From contig CBDFJY010000002.1 of the NCBI GenBank assembly GCA_965248705.1, positions 1,715,384 to 1,779,383 of the forward strand: 64,000 nt of DNA. The letters run 5' to 3'. Below are positions 37,674-45,664 of this stretch, one piece after another (position 1 is the first letter of the stretch; every line of letters starts with the position of its first letter). This DNA is from Acidimicrobiia bacterium (GTDB lineage Bacteria > Actinomycetota > Acidimicrobiia > Spongiisociales > ZC4RG35). The notes beneath the pieces were generated by a model. The model ran no database searches. It was not told where the DNA came from and was given only the letters and a program-made list of their open reading frames with translations. A program made the position numbers and the translations under genes.

Positions 37674-37951
37674 TTCTCTCCTCTGCCGATCCGCACTCCG
37701 TCTTTGGTGTGCCAGTTACTATAGAGGCTCTTCGGAAATGAGTGGGGAGTAGGACCCGTGCCGGGGGGTTCGGAATCCACCAGAAGTGAAGGAGGGGTCC
37801 TCCATAATCGGGTGTTGATAAGCGACATCCGAGGCAGGAGGACCCCTGTGGAAACTGATCCTACGCGCATGTGCGAGCTGTTGGTAGGCCTCGGCGAGGG
37901 TGGAGTTGGTCGGGATCGACGATGCCGGGGAAGGGGAACCGTTGGTGGTGC

Positions 37952-38086
37952 CGGGTGAGCGCCATGCGGCAGGAGCTGCACGTGGCGGTCTCCGTCTCCG
38001 ACGACGGCGGAGGCATCCCGGCGGAGAGACTGCCCCACCTGTTTCGGAAGTTCTCCCGCATCGACGCCGAGCAGCAGGGGGGCGAC
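37952..38086 (+). repeat. 135-bp histidine-kinase HATPase fragment; right copy of the direct repeat pair
   Basis: Encodes RVSAMRQELHVAVSVSDDGGGIPAERLPHLFRKFSRIDAEQQGGD. Both of its boundaries coincide with those of the 10651-10786 copy. Confidence 0.85.
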
Positions 38087-38143
38087 AACAGCATCATCCG
38101 TACGCAACGCACCGCCCTGGGGACGGTCAACCACCACCCGTTG

Positions 38144-38455
38144 TCAGCTTTCTCCCATGCTTCGGTTCACGGATTCGGACGCCAACCCAGTCGCCAGGTC
38201 GGTAAGCCACGTCCGGTAGCCATCCTTGTCTAGCATCATCCGCGCCTTGTTCTGGTCGATGGAGTTCCGCTTGGCCCGAAGGAAGTCGTCCACCTTCAAC
38301 CCCGGTATCTCCTCCGCGGCTTCGATGAGCCGGCTGGCGCCTTCGATAAGCCGGAACGAACCGTATATCGCCTTCTCATCGAGGCTGACACGGGCGGAGG
38401 TGACCAGGTAGAGGATGAAGTCGAAGAGGGGATCGTCGTGCTTGGCTTCGCTCAC
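38144..38455 (-). CDS. Small conserved hypothetical protein (about 103 aa)
   Basis: A GTG at 38455-38453 overlaps the nitroreductase stop (GTGA). Sequence VSEAKHDDPLFDFILYLVTSARVSLDEK.... The longer ORF 38144..38635 overlaps the nitroreductase gene and is unlikely. Confidence 0.5.
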   Translation of the reverse strand: MSEAKHDDPLFDFILYLVTSARVSLDEKAIYGSFRLIEGASRLIEAAEEIPGLKVDDFLRAKRNSIDQNKARMMLDKDGYRTWLTDLATGLASESVNRSMGES

Positions 38456-39045
38456 CGTGTGTCGCTCCAATCCTGCCCGTAGAGGTTGTGGTGGACAGTG
38501 GGGTGGAAACCCTTGACGGGCTTGGGGTGATTTTCTACGGGAATCCCGATCGCCATCAGGACTTCCGGCCTTATGTGGTCCGGAAGGCCAAAGATGGCTT
38601 GGACCACCTCCTCTGTCCAACTCGTGACTTTGCATACACCGATCCCGAGTGTGGGAGCGGCAATAGTAATGTAGCCGGCCGCGGCGCCGGCGTCGAGCCG
38701 GGTGACGACCTCAACTCCTCGGGGTCCCATGACTTCGGCAGCCTTCTCGAGGTTGCTGCAGATAGCGATGACCGCGGGTGCGTTGTTCACGAAACCTGGA
38801 CAGGCATGCCGCACCGTCCGTACCAGCCGGGGGTCGGTGACGACGATAAGATGCCGTATACCCGGGCGGGCTACCTGAGCACGGCTGGCCGCGTAGACAA
38901 TTCGATCAAGGACATCGGCGCCGGGAAGTTCGGAAGTGAAGACGCGGTGCATCCGGCGAAGACGCATAGCTTCGAACACGGTTTCTGCCGGGCTGCCACT
39001 CGTATCGGGTACGCTTTCGGTCACCGGGCAATATGCTACAGCCAC
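38452..39045 (-). CDS. Nitroreductase-family protein
   Basis: 197 aa. RRMHRVFT N-terminal motif, with length and pattern typical of the nitroreductase fold. Confidence 0.7.
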   Translation of the reverse strand: MAVAYCPVTESVPDTSGSPAETVFEAMRLRRMHRVFTSELPGADVLDRIVYAASRAQVARPGIRHLIVVTDPRLVRTVRHACPGFVNNAPAVIAICSNLEKAAEVMGPRGVEVVTRLDAGAAAGYITIAAPTLGIGVCKVTSWTEEVVQAIFGLPDHIRPEVLMAIGIPVENHPKPVKGFHPTVHHNLYGQDWSDTR

Positions 39046-39111
39046 CGAACGTCACCACCGAGACACAACGTCGAAGAAGCGAAGACCCGGCCTGTGTCTG
39101 GGTCTTCCCGG

Positions 39112-39190
39112 TGGTAGCGGTAGTAGGATTTGAACCTACGACCTTTGGGGTTATGAGCCCGACGAGCTGACCAGCCTGCTCCATCCCCCC
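39112..39190 (-). tRNA. tRNA-Met(CAU)-like gene, initiator-like, with imperfect stems (possibly degenerate)
   Basis: The reverse complement reads GGGGGGA-TG-GAGC-AGGCTGGTCA-GCTC-G-TCGGG-CTCATAA-CCCCA-AAGGTC-GTAGG-TTCAAAT-CCTAC-TACCGCT-A-CCA. The D and T arms are perfect. The acceptor stem has 2 mismatches plus a G-T pair, the anticodon stem has a C-C mismatch, and the variable loop is 6 nt. Confidence 0.6.
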
Positions 39191-39265
39191 GTCGTTTGCA
39201 CCGCCTATTCTCCCGACGGCACTGGTGTGCGTCAGATTAGCGACGGCAGCAGAGACGACCTTTTT

Positions 39266-39836
39266 GGGACTTATATACCTAGGTTGAGAGTGCTGTCTTA
39301 GGCAATACTGTTCTGCGATGTCCGCCCACTACACACCCTGGGGTGTCCGTCTTACAGCGGAGACTTGTTACGCGCATCGCATCGGTAATAGTCCCTCCCG
39401 ACCCCGGGAAGGCCCGGGCGCGTATGTTCATTGCGGCATTGAGGTCCCTACCCACGCACATCCCACAGGACTCGCAGTGGAAAACCCGTAGCCCCAGGGG
39501 CATGGGTTGGCGGTGCCCACAGGAGGCGCAGTCAGTGGTCGTGTGCTTGGGATCCACTCTCTCATATGGAATGCCAGCCTTCTCAGCTTTGTATTCCAGG
39601 ATGTTCCCGAGGGAGGACCATCGTTGTTCCGACACGCGTATGTGCCCCTCCAGGACTCCAGGGCGGCGTTGTAGAGCTCCGCGCACATGGAGAACACCTC
39701 GGAAAGCCGACGGTGAGCGTCCGGGGAACACTTGGCGGGGAGCCTGAAGGTCTGCACTGGGGGCACACTCGAAAGGTACCCGGGGGGTGTGACAAAACTG
39801 TCAACTAAGGGGTGTCAACCTAGGTATATAAGCCCC
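39266..39836 (-). mobile_element. 571-bp miniature element: internally deleted tnpB bounded by 22-bp terminal inverted repeats
   Basis: gggacttatatacctaggttga (39266-39287) pairs with tcaacctaggtatataagcccc (39815-39836), with 21/22 complementary. Confidence 0.7.
39279..39766 (-). pseudogene. tnpB: TnpB (IS200/IS605-family accessory nuclease) with the central ~250 aa deleted
   Basis: The N-terminus VQTFRLPAKCSPDAHRRLSEVFSMCAELYNAALESWRGTY (ORF 39428..39766) joins out of frame to the C-terminus LEYKAEKAGIPYERVDPKHTTTDCASCGHRQP...FHCESCGMCVGRDLNAAMNI (ORF 39279..39731). Confidence 0.75.
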
Positions 39837-40200
39837 GATCTTTTCAATGATGTCCCGGTTGGGCATTGGGTGGACGAGGAGATCGGATGGGCAGTGACCA
39901 ATGGCACTATCAAAGGCGTCAACGAGAACATTTTCGATCTGAGGGGGACTGTAGGCAGCGCGGAGATCGTCACTTCGCTGTATGGTGCTGTCAACGTCGT
40001 TCAGCCTGTTACTGAAGTTTCGTGGGCAACAGGATCGGATGTGTTTGATGATGTTCCCGAGGGGCATGAGGCTGACATAGCGATAGGTTGGGCCTTCAAC
40101 AGTGGCGGCACTTCTGGGGTGGGCGAAAATCGGTTCGATCCTGACGGCACAGTGACCTGCGCGCAGATTATCGCGCTTGTCGAACATAAGGGGCATGGCC
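39836..40200 (+). pseudogene. S-layer-homology (SLH) repeat fragment lacking an N-terminus
   Basis: Two SLH-like units: FNDVPVGHWVDEEIGWAVTNGTIKGVNENIFDLRGTV and FDDVPEGHEADIAIGWAFNSGGTSGVGENRFDPDGTVTCAQ. The fragment begins exactly at the mini-element inverted repeat, with no signal peptide. Confidence 0.45.
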
Positions 40201-40317
40201 GCCCAGAGTCGGCGGTTCTACTCCGTCAGCGCCCCACCCTTTTTCCTTATCCACCGCTATGTGCATCGTCGGCTTTCTCGCTAATAGTGCGGTGGGGCGC
40301 GGTACCCTTCCTATCGG

Positions 40318-41433
40318 ATGTCTGAACGCTCCGTTGCCGCGACGCTGGAAGAGCTTTCCGCCTCTATACCCTGGGATCAGGCGGCTGACTGGGATGTGAG
40401 CGGATTGACGCTGGGCGATCCCCATCAGTTGGTCAGGACAGCCGGGGTATGCCATGAGGTAACCGCCGAGGTGGTGGCTGCCTTGGAGAAGGAGCCGGTG
40501 GATCTCTTGGTTGCCTACCACCCCCTCCTTTTCCGTCCGGTCCGCACTCTCTTGGCCAAGCGGGGACCCGAGGGGCTGGCCTTCCGGTTGATCAGGATGG
40601 GAGTGGCCCTGGCGGTTGCCCACACCGCTTTCGATGTCTGTCCGGGGGGCGCCGCCGACTCGCTGGCCGCCGCGCTGGGTCTGGAGGAGGTGAGCGGCTT
40701 TGGAGCCATGAAGACTTCTCCCCGGATCAAGGTGGTCACTTTCGTGCCTGCCCCATCCACCGAGGAGGTGGCCGAGGCGTTGGCCGCGGCCGGCGCCGGA
40801 CAGATCGGGCGGTATCGCGGCTGCAGCTATCGAAGCGAGGGAGTGGGCGCCTTTCTGCCCGAGAAAGGCGCCGAACCCGTGGTTGGCGCGGTGGGTGAGG
40901 AGAACCGTGTGCCTGAAGTGCGTTTGGAGATGATCGCCCCCGCTTCCCGGAAGGACGCCCTGGCCGCGGCGTTGGCGACGGCCCATCCCTATGAGGAGCC
41001 GGCCTTTGATTTCTACCCGGTGTCAGCGAACCTCCCTCTGGTGGGACGGGTGGGAACTCTGGCGAAGCCGATGCCGGGCGTCGAGTTCGCCGACCGGGTG
41101 GCCGAGGCGTTGGGAGTGGAAGCCACGCGCTGTTGCGGCGTAGATGATGGGTCTGTGACCAGAGTGGCGGTGCTACCCGGCTCGGGAGGCTCGTTCCTGG
41201 CGGCGGGGGCTGCGGCAGGCGCCGATCTGATCGTTACCGGAGACGTATCCCATCACCAGATGGCGCAGGCTTCCCACCTGGGAGTGGGAGTGATCGATCC
41301 GGGGCACGCCGCCACCGAGGCGCTGGGGGTGGCGAGGCTGGCGGAACTGGTGGCGGCGGTGGCGCCGGATACTGTCGACCTGACCCGGCCGCGTCCTGGC
41401 CCAGAGATCAGGGTGAGGGGGTTATCGAGGTGA
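40318..41433 (+). CDS. Nif3-like dinuclear metal centre protein (GTP cyclohydrolase I type 2 family)
   Basis: 371 aa with the NIF3 pattern (DWDVSGLTLGDP, LLVAYHPLLFRP, GDVSHHQ). This is the position of the Rv2230c orthologue in the conserved actinobacterial triad. Confidence 0.8.
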   Translation: MSERSVAATLEELSASIPWDQAADWDVSGLTLGDPHQLVRTAGVCHEVTAEVVAALEKEPVDLLVAYHPLLFRPVRTLLAKRGPEGLAFRLIRMGVALAVAHTAFDVCPGGAADSLAAALGLEEVSGFGAMKTSPRIKVVTFVPAPSTEEVAEALAAAGAGQIGRYRGCSYRSEGVGAFLPEKGAEPVVGAVGEENRVPEVRLEMIAPASRKDALAAALATAHPYEEPAFDFYPVSANLPLVGRVGTLAKPMPGVEFADRVAEALGVEATRCCGVDDGSVTRVAVLPGSGGSFLAAGAAAGADLIVTGDVSHHQMAQASHLGVGVIDPGHAATEALGVARLAELVAAVAPDTVDLTRPRPGPEIRVRGLSR

Positions 41434-42131
41434 ATCCTCTGTACGATTTGGTTGCCCTGCAGTCTGTTGACCTAGAGGTCGATCGCCTGGAGCGAAGGAA
41501 AGTCACCTTGGCCGAATTGGCGGAATATCGTCGGTTGCGCGAGAGACTGCAAGCTGTTGAATCCGAACACGGCGGGGTATCCGATGAAGCACGGTCGCTT
41601 GATCTGGAGTTCGACCGGGCAAACGGTGAGCTGCAGATCATGGAGCAAAGGCTGGCAATCGCCGAGAAGAAACTGTTCGGCGGGGGGATGAGCGCCAAGG
41701 AGACCGATAATCGTCGGCTGGAAGTGGAGTCGCTGCGTTTCAGGATCGGCCAGCTGGAGTCCGATGCTCTCGACATGATGGAGCGTCGGGAGAACATTGC
41801 CTCCCGGCTGGTGGAATTGATGGCCGAACTGGAGGAAACACGGGCCTCGGAGAGAAACCTGGGCGGAATCGTTCGGGCGATCTGGGGGGAGATCGACGTC
41901 GAATTGGCGACGTTGCGATCCGAACGGGCTCGGCTCGTCGCTCCAGTTCCCTCCCAAGTCATGGAGATATACGAGAAGCTTCGTCGGGACAAGGGGGGAG
42001 TGGCGGCCGGTCGCTTGGATGGGGGAACCTGTGGCGGCTGTTACCTGGCGCTTTCGGAATCCGAACGCCAGGAAGCGGCGGAAAGTGACCCGGCCCGCTG
42101 CCCGCATTGTCGAAGAATCCTAGTTTTTTGA
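41430..42131 (+). CDS. COG1579-type coiled-coil protein with a C4 zinc ribbon
   Basis: 233 aa. Coiled-coil body and C-terminal CGGC...CPHC. The start overlaps the upstream stop. Confidence 0.75.
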   Translation: MNPLYDLVALQSVDLEVDRLERRKVTLAELAEYRRLRERLQAVESEHGGVSDEARSLDLEFDRANGELQIMEQRLAIAEKKLFGGGMSAKETDNRRLEVESLRFRIGQLESDALDMMERRENIASRLVELMAELEETRASERNLGGIVRAIWGEIDVELATLRSERARLVAPVPSQVMEIYEKLRRDKGGVAAGRLDGGTCGGCYLALSESERQEAAESDPARCPHCRRILVF

Positions 42132-42137
42132 CAGTCC

Positions 42138-42548
42138 GTGGCCGAGATGTTTTTGCTCTACACGGACGGCGCCGCCCGCGGCAACCCCGGTCCGGCGGCG
42201 ATCGGGGCAGTGTTGTACCGGGGATCCCCCATTTCGGACAATGTGGTGGCCGAACTGAGCCGCGCCATTGGACATGCTACCAACAATGTCGCCGAGTACC
42301 AGGCGGTGGTGGAGGGGCTGGAAGTGGCAGCCGACTATCGGCCCCTCCGGTTGACGCTCCGTTCCGATTCACAGTTGTTGGTTCGCCAACTGTTGGGCGC
42401 CTATCGGGTGAGGTCCCCTGGGCTGCGACCTCTTCACAAACGGGCCCGCCAACTTCTGGACGGCTTTTCAGAGGTGAGGATTGAACACGTTCCCCGGGAG
42501 AAGAACCGCCGTGCCGACCAGCTGGCCAACCGGGCTCTGGACTCGTGA
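42138..42548 (+). CDS. rnhA: Ribonuclease HI
   Basis: 136 aa. YTDGAARGNPGPAAIG, NNVAEYQAVVEGL, and a REKNRRADQLAN tail. Confidence 0.85.
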   Translation: MAEMFLLYTDGAARGNPGPAAIGAVLYRGSPISDNVVAELSRAIGHATNNVAEYQAVVEGLEVAADYRPLRLTLRSDSQLLVRQLLGAYRVRSPGLRPLHKRARQLLDGFSEVRIEHVPREKNRRADQLANRALDS

Positions 42549-43066
42549 TCCTCTGGCACCTCGCTACGGCTCTTTTCGGATTCCGGTGGGTGTTTCGCGA
42601 CCCGGAAGCTGACATGAGATGGCTGATGGCCGGAGCGCTGGCGCCAGACCTTTTGGATGTGCCGATCGGCGCCCTGATCTGGGCCGGTACGTTTTCCTCG
42701 GCTGAGGTTTTCGCTCACAGCCTGACTGTCACGATGGCGGTGGGGATAATGGGTCTACTGCTTACCGATCGCCGGAGCCAGATCCGGCGCAATCTGATGG
42801 CGATGATGGCGGGCTGGTTGATCCACCTCTTGGCAGACGGGATATGGCTGGAGCCGCGGGTGCTGTGGTGGCCCTTTGCTGGGTGGTCGTTTCCCGCCGA
42901 GGCCGTTCCGTTCTGGCCGGAGGCGTTGGCCCGAGCCGGGTCCGATCTGTGGCGATGGCTGGCCGAGGGGATCGGGCTTTTATACCTGTGCGCCCTGTGG
43001 CGAAGGGCAGGCCTTGGGTCTTCGGAGACGCGCGGTCGCTTCCTCCACACCGGTAAGTTGTCTTGA
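42545..43066 (+). CDS. Membrane-bound metal-dependent hydrolase (DUF457/YdjM-like)
   Basis: 173 aa. GTG start overlapping the rnhA stop. Several TM segments. FAHSL and IHLLADG motifs. Confidence 0.5.
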   Translation: MILWHLATALFGFRWVFRDPEADMRWLMAGALAPDLLDVPIGALIWAGTFSSAEVFAHSLTVTMAVGIMGLLLTDRRSQIRRNLMAMMAGWLIHLLADGIWLEPRVLWWPFAGWSFPAEAVPFWPEALARAGSDLWRWLAEGIGLLYLCALWRRAGLGSSETRGRFLHTGKLS

Positions 43067-43812
43067 TCGGCCTGCTGCTCCCGGGGCGCTGGAGAGAGGC
43101 CCATCGGGCCGGGTTGGGCGCCCTGGCCGCGGTATTTCTGGTGCTGGGAATGGGACTGTCCGGATGTGGGGATGACATCGCCCCTGACGGCGTCTCGGGC
43201 ACGGCCTCCCGACCCCTCCCACCCTCGGGATACGCCGAGCCGGCCGAAACCGTCTCGGCTCTCTTGTCTGCCCTGGTGGCCGATGGATGGGAGGAGGCGG
43301 CCAGGCTAACCGTGGAGGGGCAGATGGCATTGGTGGCTCTGACGGAGGGGGCTGACATGGAGACCGTCGCGGATTATTTACAAGCCGGAGAAGTCGGAGT
43401 GGGGGTCAACTTTTGGGCAGGTTTCGCCCAGGTTGCCGAGCAGTTTCTGGCCAGCCCGGTGGACGATCTTCGAGTGGTCTCCGAGCGCCGTTATCAGGCA
43501 GGTGGGGTCGTGTTCGCCGACTTCGGGTTGGCCGCTCCCACAACGCCGGAGGGCCAGGATTTCAAGCTGACGGTAGCCCTGGGGGAGGATCAGTTGTGGA
43601 GGGTGGATGTGATTGCTACTTTCGTGGAAGTTCTGGCCTACCGTCTCTCGGAGACGGCTGAGATAACCCGGGCTACACGGACCGAAGATGCGGCGGTGGT
43701 GTCTGCCGAGTTGATACGCCACGTTCCTTCGTTGGAGGCGGCGCTCGCCGATCCTGATTTGACCCCCGAGTTGAGCCAGGGTGTTCTTTCCGCCCTGGCT
43801 GCCATCCGATAA
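43063..43812 (+). CDS. Hypothetical lipoprotein
   Basis: 249 aa with signal and lipobox VLGMGLSGC-GDD. I do not recognise a family. Confidence 0.6.
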   Translation: MIGLLLPGRWREAHRAGLGALAAVFLVLGMGLSGCGDDIAPDGVSGTASRPLPPSGYAEPAETVSALLSALVADGWEEAARLTVEGQMALVALTEGADMETVADYLQAGEVGVGVNFWAGFAQVAEQFLASPVDDLRVVSERRYQAGGVVFADFGLAAPTTPEGQDFKLTVALGEDQLWRVDVIATFVEVLAYRLSETAEITRATRTEDAAVVSAELIRHVPSLEAALADPDLTPELSQGVLSALAAIR

Positions 43813-43847
43813 GTTTCAGAACGCCGGTGCCCGTCGGCGGCGATGCT

Positions 43848-44567
43848 CTACCACAGGGGCCAGGGAAGGGCGGAGCGGTCGGCAGGGGGGTGAGGGTGGG
43901 TGGGCTCGGCCAACAGGCTTTCTGCTCGGCGGCGGAGGGCGGTGGCTTCCGGAGTGGTGAGAAGCTCAGTTACACGACACTCCATCTTGCCCGCCAGCGC
44001 TTCCCGCAAGCGGGCCACCGCTTCCACGTAGGGATCGGGAACCGGTTGGCCGGCGAAGCCCCACAGCACGGTGCGCAGCTTGTGTTGGGAGTGAAAGGTG
44101 AGTCCGTGGTCGATGGCGAAGAGACGCCCACTTTCGGACTCCACCAGTATGTGGCCGAGTTTCCGGTCGGCATTGTTGACTATCAGGTCGAAGACGGCCA
44201 CCGGCCACAGCCGGGGATCGAGCCGCTCCTCGAACCACTCACGATGGTCGAAGTCGGGGTCCGGCTCCAGATAGCGCTGCGCCGCCCCGGGTCCCAATGG
44301 GCCGGCGGCTTGGATTGTTTCGGGAACCAGGTCGAGGTCCATCCAGTTGCTCACCTCGTAGGCCAATATTTCCCGGTTGGTCAGGGAATCGGGCGGAAAA
44401 TCCCACAGATGGCGAACTCCGGCCGTCGGTTTATAAACCCAGAGATCGCCCCCGGGATCCCGTCCAAGGAAAGTGGCGTTGGAGGCGGAGGAAAACCGGC
44501 CAACCAGATCGCAGATGACCAGCCGGTCGGTTTGGCGCTCAGTTGCGGGCGGGACACTCATGGTCAC
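43848..44567 (-). CDS. SCO1664-family (PI3/PI4-kinase-like) conserved actinobacterial protein
   Basis: 239 aa. ...ASNATFLG...VYKP..G.R.LWDFP...L..RE.LAY..S..., and the DHGLTFH kinase-like motif. Last gene of a three-gene operon. Confidence 0.6.
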   Translation of the reverse strand: MTMSVPPATERQTDRLVICDLVGRFSSASNATFLGRDPGGDLWVYKPTAGVRHLWDFPPDSLTNREILAYEVSNWMDLDLVPETIQAAGPLGPGAAQRYLEPDPDFDHREWFEERLDPRLWPVAVFDLIVNNADRKLGHILVESESGRLFAIDHGLTFHSQHKLRTVLWGFAGQPVPDPYVEAVARLREALAGKMECRVTELLTTPEATALRRRAESLLAEPTHPHPPADRSALPWPLW

Positions 44568-45021
44568 CGGGATTCCTCGGCAGTCGGCACCAGGGGCAGA
44601 TGGGTCGCCCGGCTCTGACCAACTTGTGGGCGATCAGCGCCATGGCTCGGAACTGCTCGGGCGAGACCATGAACATCAGTCCCAGGTCTTCGCTGTCCGA
44701 CTCGAAAGAAATGTTCATCAGGCCTGAGGGACGGATCCCGACATTGATGGTTCCCACCCGGAAGTCCTCGGTGCCGGCGGGGTCGGTTATCTCGAGATCG
44801 GTGGTGAGGATGGCTTCCACCGCGGCGCTGTCCACTTCCACCCCCGAGCGCTGCAGGCTGCGCCATCCCTGGGAGGCCAGTGCTTCCACCTGCTGCTTCT
44901 CGGCCAGGAGGGAATGGCGCTGGCCGTCGGCCACCACCTGGAAATAGAAGCGGCGCTGACCGGGAGGTCCTATCGCTCCCACCACGAACCGCTCGGCAGG
45001 TCCGAGATTGTTCATTGCCAT
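44539..45021 (-). CDS. DUF3090-family protein
   Basis: 160 aa from ATG 45021 (MAMNNLG..). C-terminal CPWCRLPRNPGDHECP zinc-ribbon-like motif. The longer ORF 44539..45363 overlaps the upstream gene and is unlikely. Confidence 0.7.
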   Translation of the reverse strand: MAMNNLGPAERFVVGAIGPPGQRRFYFQVVADGQRHSLLAEKQQVEALASQGWRSLQRSGVEVDSAAVEAILTTDLEITDPAGTEDFRVGTINVGIRPSGLMNISFESDSEDLGLMFMVSPEQFRAMALIAHKLVRAGRPICPWCRLPRNPGDHECPARN

Positions 45022-45623
45022 AGGCCCGGATCCCCGTTGGTGTTGATCGCAGAGACCGTCACAGCGCCTTTCTTGGAGATGTCCAACACCGAGACCGAGG
45101 TGGGAGAAACGGTGAGTCTGGACAAGAAATCGAGTGGCTGTCCCAAGAAAAACCCCAACACCAGACGGATGATATCGGCATGGGTGATTACTGCTATCGC
45201 TCCGTCGGGATGACGGCCGACCAGGTCTTCGCAGATGCCCACTCCCCGCAACTGGGCCTCCGCCAGTGACTCTCCGCCGGGAAAGCGCATCCGGGAGGGT
45301 TGGCGCAGGACCGTTTTCCACTCCGCCAGTTTGTAGAGCTTCGCCAGTTCCTGTCCGGTCCACTCCCCGTAGTCCACTTCTATCAGTTGCTCTTCGGTGA
45401 TGGGCAACAGCCCGTGGGGCTCTGCGAGCGCCGCGGCGGTCTCGATGGTGCGCTCGGTCGGCGAGCAGTAGACCGCCCGAATCTCGACAGTGCTAAGCCG
45501 TTGGGCGAGATGTCGGGCGGCGGCCCGTCCCTCCTCGGTGAGGTGGTGTCCCGGCTCTCTGCCGTACAAGACCTTTCCGGTGGTGGCCACCGGAGCATGA
45601 CGTATTAGGAGCAGACGGGTCAC
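45012..45623 (-). CDS. Histidine phosphatase family protein (MSMEG_4193-type putative phosphomutase)
   Basis: 203 aa. LLLIRHA N-terminal catalytic motif and ITHADIIR second His motif. Overlaps the DUF3090 start. Confidence 0.75.
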   Translation of the reverse strand: MTRLLLIRHAPVATTGKVLYGREPGHHLTEEGRAAARHLAQRLSTVEIRAVYCSPTERTIETAAALAEPHGLLPITEEQLIEVDYGEWTGQELAKLYKLAEWKTVLRQPSRMRFPGGESLAEAQLRGVGICEDLVGRHPDGAIAVITHADIIRLVLGFFLGQPLDFLSRLTVSPTSVSVLDISKKGAVTVSAINTNGDPGLWQ

Positions 45624-45664
45624 ACCCTCAAGGCTACCCGGCTGAAGAAGGGTGGAGGCAGAGG

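Noticed and set aside
39081-39107. Hairpin gaagaccc-N11-gggtcttc just downstream of the tRNA 3-prime end as an intrinsic terminator
   Set aside because: The 8-bp stem is real, but no T-run follows it on the transcribed (minus) strand, so I do not call it a terminator.
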